In this document: positions 12,671-27,787 of the stretch, piece after piece
Layout: the number at the start of each line of letters is the position of its first letter
Position numbering within the stretch: position 1 is the first letter of the stretch
Assembly: GCA_964016885.1 (NCBI GenBank)
Contig: OZ024748.1
Coordinates: forward strand, 38,936,001-39,000,000
Origin: Eledone cirrhosa
Taxonomy: Eukaryota
DNA length: 64,000 bases
Reading direction: 5' to 3'
Made by a program: the position numbers and the translations under genes
Notes under the pieces: generated by a model
What the model was told of the DNA's origin: nothing
The model's input: the letters and a program-made list of their open reading frames with translations, nothing else
The model's database searches: none

Positions 12671-13125
12671 TTTACGAGTTGGAAGCGTGAATGTGCGTGG
12701 CCTAGGGATGCCCTGGAAACAGGGCCAACTTTTAAACGACCTTAGGTCACACGGTATGGATGTGATAGCCATCACCAAGTCCAGGATCCACAACAGACAG
12801 CAACTAACCCCCATCTTCGACGACTTTGAGATCTACGCATCTCTCTGTCAGCCAGGAGGTGGAGGGGGAGTGGCTGTCATGTTTCGGAAGAACCTGGACG
12901 TCGAAGTACAGCAAGTACACTTGGACCCGGAGGGTAGACTGGTAGTCCTAGACGTGAACAGTATTGGAGGTGGAGCTTTCAGACTGGTGGCCGTTTATGC
13001 CCCGACGGGAAATCGCAATCATGGCCAGACTTCTTTAAGCGTCTAGAGTCTTTTCTGGGAACGTCTCGCTCCTTACTTTTAGTGGGGGACTGGAATGGTA
13101 TCCTAGATGCACAATGGGATTATGT
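12663..13125 (+). pseudogene. LINE (L1/Tx1-type) ORF2 N-terminal AP-endonuclease, frameshifted and 3'-truncated
   Basis: SVNVRGL, GGGVAVMF, GRLVVLDV, VYAPTG, then after a frameshift FFKRLESFL..LLLVGDWNGILD. Confidence 0.9.
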
Positions 13126-13541
13126 ATGTGTTTTCCTGTGTATGTTGTGTGTTATTTTTCTCCGCTTCGACGGTAGAAATTTTAAAATGTTCAAGTGGTA
13201 ATCTTATTTTTTCTTTGTTGACAGTCGTATCCATGACGACGTCCATAGTGGCAGAAGCAGATATAACGTTAATATCTGCCTCTCTACCTCTCTTCTCTCT
13301 GTCGACGTTCTCCGGCGTCCTTTCCGAGTTATTCATGTTTTATAGTCGGCAAATTTAATTTTTTTAAACAATTTTTAAATAAAATGTTCGTCCCAAAAGG
13401 GGCGAAAAATGGGATTACCACCCAGCTGACAATTCAGCTTGGGGGTTAATCTACAAAATGATATGTTTTTCAAACAATTAGTTCAGTTTTTTGTATAGAA
13501 ATTTACAAAAAAGCTTACCAGCGATGTTCTACGCGTCAGGC

Positions 13542-13600
<59 letters not shown>
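13542..13600. repeat. (GATA)n microsatellite
   Basis: Directly visible. Confidence 0.95.
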
Positions 13601-13601
13601 C

Positions 13602-14024
13602 ATCAAACTAAGTTTGATGCCAAGATATAACCAAATTACATTATATGATAATGATCTCAAAACAAGGAAATAATGTGAAAACCATTCTGTTTTGGGCTGG
13701 AACCACCTAGAGTTCCAATGTTTGTTAATATGGATGACTTTCACAGAATAGACTCAAAACTAAAATGACAAAAATATACAGAAGACATTTCACAAAAGTT
13801 TGAAAATTACGTCATTTTCCAACCTTTTGTAAATTCAATTTAGAAAGATTCTGAGACGAAGAAGAAAGAAAAGAGAAAGAAAGAGAAAACAGACGTGGAT
13901 GTGATGGAGGGGAAAGGATGGTTGTTATGTAAGAGAGATGTCCTGCAGGAAAACATAACATATTTATAATAACGTCAATAACAACAACATCAATGACAGT
14001 AGCAATAATAACAACGACAATAGC

Positions 14025-14072
<48 letters not shown>

Positions 14073-14200
14073 AACAACGACGACGACGACAACAACAACA
14101 ACAACAACAACAATGACAACAACAACAACAACAACAAGCTATTATGAGTAGTTTTACTTGGAATAAAGCAGGAAGGACATCTGTTGGAGTATAGAGAGGT
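13602..14200 (+). repeat. unclassified dispersed module, copy 1 (contains (CAA)n)
   Basis: Shares ordered blocks with 17280-18145, 21870-22540 and 24150-24535 (minus). Confidence 0.7.
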
Positions 14201-14275
14201 TTGGGGGTAAAATTGTTTAAAAGACAGACATGTTAACAACATAAACACCTGGGATATATACATGTGTGTGTGTAA

Positions 14276-14333
<58 letters not shown>

Positions 14334-14437
14334 AAGACACCATAGCAAGTTATATAAACAACGTAGATTACGGAGGTGACCGAAAAGTAGAGGAATATAG
14401 TGAAATGACGGAACACGATGAAAGGTTTGTTGTAAAG

Positions 14438-14762
14438 TAAGACAGCAGCTAATATCAGTTGTATGGTATTATATAGGGAGATATCACACTGTGGTATCAA
14501 CCTGTACAAGACAGCAGCTAATATCAGTTGTATGGTATTATATAGGGAGATATCACACTGTGGTATAAACCTGTACAAGACAGCAGCTAATATCCCCATG
14601 ATGGTGGAATTTGGACACTCCAGCCAAGGGTTGTAAGACATAGCCCCATGGTGGTGGAACTTGGACACTCCAGCCAACGATTGTAAGACATAGCCCCATG
14701 GTGGTGGAACTTGGACACTCCAACCAAGGGTTGTAAGACATAGCCCCATGGTGGTGGAACTT
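14438..14762. repeat. 69-bp tandem duplication followed by ~50-bp minisatellite (~3.5 copies)
   Basis: aagacagcagctaatatcagttg... twice; taagacatagccccatggtggtggaacttggacactccagccaagggttg units. Confidence 0.9.
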
Positions 14763-14890
14763 ATCTGGAATTTGTTGAAGGAATCGTTTGAATGTCTTCA
14801 GATCTTTTGTTTTTTCGATGTGTTTCTGTAAAATTAAAGAGAGCAAAACTTGTTCAAGTGGAATAGTTCAGTTATAATACTGTTATAAAA
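14700..14890 (-). mobile_element. probable 3' end of a LINE ORF2 (CR1/L2-like)
   Basis: KHIEKTKDLKTFKRFLQQIPDK resembles the FK..LD.FL..IPD.P C-terminal signature. Confidence 0.45.
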
Positions 14891-14918
14891 TAATAGATAG
14901 ACCACAATGTAAAAATGC

Positions 14919-16226
<1,308 letters not shown>

Positions 16227-17125
16227 GATATTTAATTTGTTGGAAATCCGACAAATATAAATGTTTATAACTGATTCAGAGCACTCGACAGATTTCTGGA
16301 GTAAATATTCAATGATATTAATTCTATTTATATTTTGTGCTATGTTCATAGTAGCAGAGTAGGATAGTTTTATGGTATGTCTGTTAAAGATTGAGTGGTA
16401 TCTGTGGGTTTTAGGAAAACATTTGTCTAGTGCTTTAAAGAATAGCTTTGCTAAACAACTAATAATTGTAAATTATCCTTTTAATATAAATACACATACT
16501 ATTAAAATATATACTTACATATATACATAGATAACTGTTCGAATATATTTCCCTCAAATTAACGTTATATGAGCTTTTCATTTATCTTTGCTTTTTTTCC
16601 TTCTTCTCTCTTTTACTATTTTTCCTTCTTCTCTTCTCTCTCTCTTACTATTTTTTTCCTTCTACTCCCTCTTACTATTATATATTATATATCTAAACTC
16701 TCCATAGTCGTTTAAATTAACGGTTGTTTTTCAATTATTTACATATTCATTTGCATATTCACCCATAAGTTTGAAAAATCCATTATACATTTCCACTATC
16801 CAGGGAATATTCAACTGATAAGGTATGGTTTTCCTGGGTACGTCTCTATTTATAAAACAAACTTTGATTTTTATCTGAAGAAAGCGTACCAAAGTGTTAA
16901 GGTGAAAAAATACTAACTATGGACAATGGGGTTTGCCAGACTCAATTTAAGAATAAATCAAGAAAATAAATACAAACCGGAATTGTGGTAACTACCAATC
17001 ACCCAGAAAGCGTTTGGCTATGCTGTTTCGCAAATTGATTGTGAAGAGAAATACCGATTCTTGCTCGTCAATTACGATTTGAACACATATATGTATATAT
17101 CTGTGTTTATCTTTCTTTTATATTC

Positions 17126-17180
<55 letters not shown>

Positions 17181-17207
17181 TAGAGAGAGAGCACAATATG
17201 ACAAACG

Positions 17208-17276
<69 letters not shown>

Positions 17277-17279
17277 CGT

Positions 17280-18145
<866 letters not shown>

Positions 18146-18181
18146 GTGTGTATATATATACATATATATACATATATATAG

Positions 18182-21100
18182 ATATGGTGAATAGTTCGGC
18201 CCGGCCCCCACAGAATGGCCCTATTGTGCATCCTCCCCATATTCCTGCTAATAACACTAATAGCGGTATGATGAGATATAGAATCTCAACGCACAGTGGG
18301 GTTATTGATGTGAGTAGTGACCAAAATAGTGCGGGAATTTCACAACAGGTATATTATGGCAATATTATTGATGGCAGTAGGAGTAATTGTGGTTCTAACA
18401 GTAACCCGTCTCTTGTGAGGAAAAATAAAAAAAATAGAAGACTGAACACATACTTTAACCCACCCTACAACTCGGAAATCTTAACTAACATTCCCAAAAC
18501 GTTCTTCTTAATCCTAGAAAGGAATTTCCCGCCTGGCAGTGGATACCATAGTATAATTAATAAAAATACGATTAAATTATCATACTCCACTACCTCAAAC
18601 CTAGCCTGCCACCTAGCACGCACTAATAATAGTAAAATTAGGTTAGGGTTCGACACCATCAAATCTGTAAGTAACCAACAACAACCTAACACATTGGGAA
18701 ATGAGTTACCCGATGGTGGTAGCAACACCTTGGAAGAACAAATACCATATCGGGAAGGTATTACCAACCAGCCCTCCCAAGACACGAAGAGCGATACACA
18801 CCGCAACTGTAATTGTAGACGGAGGGAAAATTACCCTTTGAAGGGCAATTGCCTCATGAGAAACATAGTTTATGCATGTGATGTTGTAACGGCAACCTCC
18901 ACCAAAACATATGTGGGATCTACTTCTACCTCATTTAAAACTAGATACAACTCCCACAAATATACATTTAGCTACGATAGGCTCAGAAATACCCCCTCCC
19001 TGGCTAAATATATATATATATATTTAAATGCTAGTATTGATTATACCCTTTGTAACCTGTGCCTTCTAGAGTCTCACGCCATAATATACTCTAGATGTAA
19101 CCTGCTCAATAGGAAATCAGAGATATTTTCTTCTTGTATACGCATGCATCTTACTTCCTTTTACCACTTTAAGCCAATTACCTAGATCCGCCGAGATATC
19201 ACTCCTCCCTCTTCAATAACCCTGTAGCACTCTTTCAACTTTCCGCCCCCTTAAACCTATTTCCTTAACCAATTAGCTTCTTTTCCTGTGGACCTCCCTC
19301 GATATGCAATTTTGTATGACTATGGGGCTTTTTGTTCCATTGCACTTGTGTTTTGCTTGACAATCGGTTGTTTTCCGGTGTACCCAGCCCTCGGTACGGA
19401 TGTCTATGTTCCCAGGGGTGACCCCCATGTGACCCACTCTTCGTGGCTTCCCTATTGCCACTGCGATTGGGTAGTACCACAACCCATCAGCCTCCAACTC
19501 GAGGGTTACTGGTGTGCATATGTACACCTTGCCCCCGTTTGGGCCAGGGATTCAAAATTTAATTTGTTGAGTTTTTGGTCCCTGATGGATAGCGTAGCGT
19601 CCCAAGAATTATCTCCCCTTGATGGCGGATGGTACTCTATCGGGTATAACAGCCCATAACTATTATGCGGGAGGTAACTCAACTACTCGCTCCATTTGGC
19701 TTGGTCCCACAGACCCATATGGGCGTATCTGGTTCCATTGATAGACTCTTCCTGCTGCAGGACATGCGTACACTGCACGCTCCCCATACTTGGCAATAGA
19801 TGCGATTCATACCGTGGTAAAGGACACCGTACCTGCACCTTTAATTTAAATAGAGTTCCCTTTACCGTAGCACCTATATATAATACTATCTGTTTGAACC
19901 CGATCCTGTATGAACACTTCCCCATAATAGAATTAGTAAAGTTAGCTTTGGTCTTATGGACATATCCTACGTTAAACCGCGATTTAATAACATATTATAT
20001 GACCCACTTGACAACTCTGGAGGTCCAATAATAATAATATAGTTCTTTATTTCTACGAATCTTATTGACTCAGTGTGATACCTCTTTTGGTGATTGAATT
20101 TTTGTGGCAGTTCGAATTAAATAGCCTCATAGACGACGTAATAGAGTAGTTCCCCTTTCTCTGCCATTGAAACGTCATTAATTGGTGACTGAAAAGAGTA
20201 ACACCGCGTATGTGCCTTTCAAGTCATGGATTTGTGTGTATATACCTATCGCAGTTGGGACGAATTGTGTAGCGACTGTGTTTATTTTTTGCGGAGCCGG
20301 GTTCCTGGATTATTGCGAGCTGTCTTATATGATTATTGTATGCCTATATGGGTACGACCTCGCTTAACGGACATGCTGTGGTGCCTGGTGGATTTACTGA
20401 TTTGAGCACTTTGTGTTATTTTCTGTTTTGTATTGATTGTTAATCCACGTGCCGTGCGCAGTTGGTCAACGGCGAATTACTGCTGCATTTAACCTGGCAT
20501 TATTTGGACGCGGTCGCGGTTGGATTAGGTGTGACGAATATGGTTATACGGAATTTGGAGCTGCAACTTGGACATATAGCACATCGCGGTCTGGAATTTT
20601 AAACGTGTGAGGATTTTTGATGTGTAACATCAGCCTGTAACATATGTTACCATATGTGATGATATGTTTTGGTGAGCATATGAATGTGACTGGATTACAT
20701 TTTACGGACGATCTACATATGTTGTAACTTCTAGACTGGATTACCATCTACAGACGATCTACTTATATTATAACTCCTCGCCTATCGGGGCATATGAAAC
20801 CGATTGGATTAACATCTACGGTGGATATACTATGTTGTGACTCCTCGCCAGATGTGCCTTATTCAAGGACAAAACCATATTTGTTGTGTATTATTTGCTT
20901 CAGATTGCATTAACCCCACTTTGTCTGTGTTTGGCTTGTATTGATGTGGTGCCTGTCTATGTGCAGGTTTAGCACCCCTGGTCCACGTAGTTCCGTAACC
21001 TACTGGTATACCCTGATTATGTATACTATGGGGAGGATTAAAATCCCCTTTGGGCTTTCTGAAGGTACCTTAGGGGTCTCTTAGTATTTCTATAACTCTA

Positions 21101-21565
21101 AGTCATGGGAAACTAAATCGCCTGTTCTATATAGTGGCCAATTCATAACTCCCTCTGTTGCTTTTGTGTGCTTTAATTTTTTAATTATTTATTTATCTTT
21201 TTATATTATTATTTTTCTTTTACTTTATTATTATTATATTTTTTAACTATCTTTAAATGCTTTATTTGTTTCTGTGTGCCATCACGTGCCTCCGTCTCTT
21301 GTGAGAAAATCTGCCTATATCCTCATATGTAGCCGTAATGTTGAATAACAACCCCATTACGCATTCACTCCATCCTTTCCATTTCCAATCTCCCTCTTAT
21401 TATCCTGTACTGTATATCTAATGTTCTGGTGACTAAGCGTGGTAGAGCTTATACTCAGCACTATATTTTTGTTTATAGTTCTGATGATTTCTGCCCCACG
21501 GTATGGATGAAACATTGTCAGCGAATAAAAATTGTATGAGTATGTAGGCGTTCTTTGATTTCTTT
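18182..21565 (+). mobile_element. Penelope-like element, 5'-truncated (RT C-terminus and GIY-YIG to 19185; long 3' region ending in a hammerhead)
   Basis: YFNPPYN, KNTIKLSYS, CNCRR..PLKGNC, IVYAC..TYVGST..FKTRY..H, CNLC..E, LLNRKSE; microsatellites on both flanks. The 3' extent is inferred. Confidence 0.8.
21478..21522 (+). ncRNA. minimal type-I hammerhead ribozyme
   Basis: gtt-CTGATGA-tttctgccccacggtatggat-GAAAC-ATT-GTC-agc. Confidence 0.7.
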
Positions 21566-21566
21566 T

Positions 21567-21655
<89 letters not shown>

Positions 21656-21746
21656 AGAGGATGTGGTGAAGGACATATTTAGAAGATACAAGAAATTTAA
21701 CTATAGAAATACCATGTATATACATATATGCATATGTATGTGTATG

Positions 21747-21779
<33 letters not shown>

Positions 21780-21869
21780 CATGTATATATATGTGTTTAT
21801 ATATATGTGTGTGTATGTGTATAAAGAAAGAGGGTGATAGAGAAAAAGAAGTTACGTAGATATGAAAAA

Positions 21870-22422
21870 CATTGTTAAAGATAAATAAAAGCCACAGTTT
21901 GATATGTGAGAAATATTGTAAGAGAAGCAGACGATGTCAAAAACAGTGAAGTTTGTTAGTTATTACCAGAAGAAATAATTTAGTTTCAATGTTTCTCAAT
22001 AAACTTGGATGATTTTCACAGAATGGAAGCAAAAAGTAACAAAAATTAAACCATTAAACCAGAAAGGAGATATTTCACACAATTTAAACATATTTTTTTT
22101 CTTCAGAAACTGATGTAAATTGAATTTAGAGAGGAATATGGAAGGAAATATGGGTGAAAGTGTAAGACGGTTCCTGCATAACTGAAGATGTCTTGAAGTA
22201 ACAACATCCGTGGCTAAAACATCAACAACATTAATATTAACAACAACAACAACAACAACAACAACATCCGTGGCTACAACATCAACAACAACAACAATAT
22301 CATTAACAACAACAACATCAAAAATAACAACAACAACAACAGCAACAACAACAGCAACAATAACATCAGAAATAACAACAACAACAACAACAACATCAGC
22401 AACAACAAAAGCAACAACAACA

Positions 22423-22471
<49 letters not shown>

Positions 22472-22540
22472 AAATAAATTATTCAAATAGAACTACATAT
22501 GCCAAAGCAGGACATCTTGTGGAATAAATGAGAGAGACGC
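21870..22540 (+). repeat. unclassified dispersed module, copy 3 (contains (CAA)n(CTA)n)
   Basis: ggatgattttcacagaat, tgtaaattgaatttagagag, gaagatgtcttgaag, aaagcaggacatcttgtggaat. Confidence 0.65.
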
Positions 22541-22596
22541 TAGAGGAAGACATATTTTGAAGTCTGAGATGAATTGACTACATAAACAGTAGGGAC

Positions 22597-23460
<864 letters not shown>

Positions 23461-23742
23461 TGGTGTTTGTGTAGTTAATTCATGTGTAACACTATAAAAT
23501 ATGTGTTCACAGATATTGTCTTTGATATATCCATGTAGCAGCATCTGAAGACAACATACCAGGATAGATAAACAAGCAGACACAACAGGATGGAACTGAG
23601 AAGATAGAAGAGGAAATAGCAAAGAGCAGAGAGACAATTACATTCAAATGTTATACTCGCTTTTTTTTTATATTATTTTCTTTATTCTTTAAACCTTGTG
23701 AGGTTAAACTTCATTTAAATATTATTTATTTTATGTAAGTTT

Positions 23743-23862
23743 TTTCCTGAAGATATATGGTTAGTGTGTAACATGTATGATGTAGATAATTGTTAATTGA
23801 TCATTTCCAGTTCTTCTACAAATGAATGTGACATTATAACCGCATTGAAACGTTCGTAGAAA
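23743..23862 (+). ncRNA. type-I hammerhead ribozyme with ~75-nt loop II
   Basis: tttc-CTGAAGA-tatatggtta...taaccgcatt-GAAAC-GTTC-GTA-gaaa. Confidence 0.75.
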
Positions 23863-23912
23863 TGAAAGGATAAATATCATTTCATATCCTTGACTTTTTT
23901 CTAATATTGAAT

Positions 23913-24000
<88 letters not shown>

Positions 24001-24149
24001 ATATATATGTTTGTATATATATGTGTGTATTTATGTATGTACATACATACATACATACATACATACATACATACATACATACATACATACATACATACAC
24101 ACATACATCACATTCTAGTCTATATATGTTTAACACATTGTAGGTCTAT

Positions 24150-24535
24150 GTATGCATTGAATGTCTCTTCTACTTTTGCCTATGTAAATCTACTTATAAT
24201 ACCATCTTGTTGTTATTGCTGCTGTTATTATTGTTGTTGTTGTTGTTTTTTCAGGACATCTTCAAATACGTCACAACCATCCTTTCACCTCAAATATATC
24301 CATGTCTAATTTTATTTTATTTCTTTCGTCGCAGTTTCTCTCTAAATTGAATCTACATCAAGGATAGCTTTTGTTTTTTTAAGATGACATAATCGTTAGA
24401 ATTTGCTGAAATATTTTGTTTTGTATTCCATTTTGTTCTGTTTTGTTCCTTTTTGTTTTGTTATTGTTGTTTTCCTTGGTGTATTCCTGTGAAAGCTATC
24501 CAGCTTTTTAAACTGATAAACATTGGAACCTTGGC
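24150..24535 (-). repeat. unclassified dispersed module, copy 4 (inverted)
   Basis: Reverse complement reads gttccaatgtttatcag..ggatagctttcacag..tatgtcat..attcaatttagagag..gaggtgaaaggatggttg..gaagatgtcctg..(CAA)n. Confidence 0.7.
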
Positions 24536-24685
24536 TTATTGCTTGCAGGGACGACTGATTTATGTTTCTAAGGGTGGAGGGCTAATACATGGCCACGAAT
24601 GTGTCATTTGTGGAACGGCATTGAGTCTGTAAATGTATCAAATAAATATATATATATCATACTCTACCATCTCGCATATTGAGTC

Positions 24686-26112
24686 CTTTACTGTATATAT
24701 ATAGGCCATTACTGTGTATATATATATATATATAAACCATTACTGTGTATATATAAAGCATTACTGTGTATATATATATATATATATAAACCATTACTGT
24801 GTATATAATAACCATTACTGTATACATATAAACCACTACTGTATATATATAAACCACTACTCTGTATATATAAACCATTACTGTGTATATATATAAACCA
24901 TTACTGTGTATATATAAAGCATTACTGTGTATATATAAACCATTACTGTGTATATATATAAACCACTAGTCTGTATATATAAGCCATTACTGTGTATATA
25001 TAAACCACTACTGTGCATATATAAACCATTACTGTGTATATATAAACCATTACTGTGTATATATAAGCATTACTGTGTATATATAAAGCATTACTGTGTA
25101 TATATAAACCACTACTGTGTATATATAAGCATTACTGTGTATATATAAACCACTACTGTGTATATATAAAGCATTACTGTGTATATATAAACCATTACTG
25201 TGTATATATATAAACCATTACTGTGTATATATAAACCATTACTGTGTATATATAAACCATTACTGTGTATATATAAACCATTACTGTGTATATATAAACC
25301 ATTACTGTGTATATATATAAACCATTACTGTGTATATATAAACCACTACTGTGTATATATAAACCATTACTGTGTATATATAAACCATTACTGTGTATAT
25401 ATAAAGCATTACTGTGTATATATAAAGCATTAATGTATATATATAAAGCATTACTGTGTGTATATAAACCATTACTGTGTATATATAAACCATTACTGTG
25501 TATATATAAACCATTACTGTGTATATATAAAGCATTACTCTGTATATATAAACCATTACTGTGTATATATAAATCACTACGCTGTATATATAAACCATTA
25601 CTGTGTATATAGAAGCCATTACTGTGTATATATAAAGCATTACTGTGTATATATAAAGCATTACTGTGTATATATAAACCATTACTCTGTATATATAAAC
25701 CATTACTGTATATATAAACCATTACTCTGTATACATAAACCGTTACTGTATATATATAGACCATTACTGTGTATATATAAACCACTACTCTGTATATATA
25801 AACCATTACTCTGTATATGTGAAGGCGTGTGGCTGAGTGGTTAGAGAATTGGATTCGCAATCATAAGGTTGTGAGTTCGATTCCTGGACCAGGCGATGCG
25901 TTATGTCCTTGGGCAAGACACTTTATTTCACGTTGCTCCTTCTACCTGGAGTTGCGACCGATAGATAGTATTAGCAATTGGAAAGACCAACGGAAACATT
26001 GTTCCCTCGGTCCGATTTGACGAAAGTCGATCGTTCCTTTTACTCTGTATATATAAACCATTACTGTGTATATATAGACCAGTACTGTGCATATATAAAC
26101 CATTAATATATA
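24686..26112. repeat. ~22-24-bp minisatellite (AAACCATTACTGTGTATATAT)n interrupted by a SINE
   Basis: About 50 tandem units. Confidence 0.95.
25821..26040 (+). mobile_element. tRNA-derived CORE-like SINE
   Basis: A-box TGGCTGAGTGG, B-box GAGTTCGATTCC, CORE-like TGTCCTTGGGCAAGACACTTTATTTCAC. Confidence 0.85.
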
Positions 26113-26468
26113 TACATGAAATGTGGGCATGTATGTATATCTATATATACTTATTTTAATGTTAAATTTGAATGCGTTTATTGGATTAATATGAGTATAA
26201 ATACTTTAAGGATGTATCTGCTTGCATGTTGAATTTACTACATAAACGTGACCTGGTCCGCATAGCTTTAGCTTTCCTCCTCACCTCTTTCGGGAGATGC
26301 TAACGTAAATACACACTGCCGGATAGTGGATTATGTAACATCATTTTTCAGTTCTCATAGGCGATTACATAACTTATTGAAACACGTGTAGAAGACCTTA
26401 TTATGTAATAAATGTTTCCTCGAATTTCAACAGATTTTGCCTAGTTTTCCCTAATAACCTATTCACTA

Positions 26469-26510
<42 letters not shown>

Positions 26511-26514
<4 letters not shown>

Positions 26515-26707
26515 AACGAGTAGGACCCCGACGGCTGAGCTCAAGCCGTTTCGACGGCTAATTCTGGACCAGAATAATTAGCCGTCGAAACGGCTTGAGC
26601 TCAGCCGTCGGGGTCCTACTCGTTCCTATTACCCACTCTACTACCCTAAGTATTGAGTACTTTGGTGCGTTATGGTCCACCTGGTTCCTTACCACATTTC
26701 CTCCGTT
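26511..26707. mobile_element. PLE family A 3'-end hairpin in (TA)n, opposite orientation to 4371-4560
   Basis: Inverted around ~26568; (TA)n on both sides. Confidence 0.85.
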
Positions 26708-26765
26708 ATATATATATACATATATATATATACAGAAAGAGAGAGCGAGAGATATGCATGTATAT

Positions 26766-26883
<118 letters not shown>

Positions 26884-26912
26884 TGTATGTATATATATAT
26901 ATATATGTATAC

Positions 26913-27073
<161 letters not shown>

Positions 27074-27085
27074 GAGATATGTATG

Positions 27086-27441
<356 letters not shown>

Positions 27442-27694
27442 TTGATATGTGAGAGCCTTCTGTGTAGTACACTACGGGGACGGATGTAGCTATGCTAGCT
27501 GCTAATAGGCGTGCCCTATATTGAAACACGTGGTTGATATTAAAATATTGGGTGATGCAATAATTATTGGAGCTGAGGAATTCCTATCAGTTTGTTGACT
27601 TCTGTTGATTCAACATCGATATTTACTGACTCATGTCTCGAGTAGTACAACACCAAAAGTGTCAAAAATATTACATACACACACACATACACAC

Positions 27695-27725
<31 letters not shown>

Positions 27726-27732
27726 GGGTGTA

Positions 27733-27782
<50 letters not shown>

Positions 27783-27787
<5 letters not shown>

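Noticed and set aside
14438-14762. CRISPR-like array (also considered for 476-652, 24686-25815 and 30835-31195)
   Set aside because: Contiguous tandem units without unique spacers, no cas genes, eukaryotic context
19265-20747. Short ORFs of 60-123 aa downstream of the PLE
   Set aside because: No recognisable motifs, overlapping on both strands, consistent with chance
25821-25895. tRNA gene
   Set aside because: No proper acceptor stem; continues into a CORE-like SINE body
26300-26400. Further hammerhead candidates (GAAACACGTGTA here; also ~4270, ~17020-17075, ~20170, ~27525)
   Set aside because: Only half of the core or no helix I pairing; probably decayed pLTRs but not supportable individually
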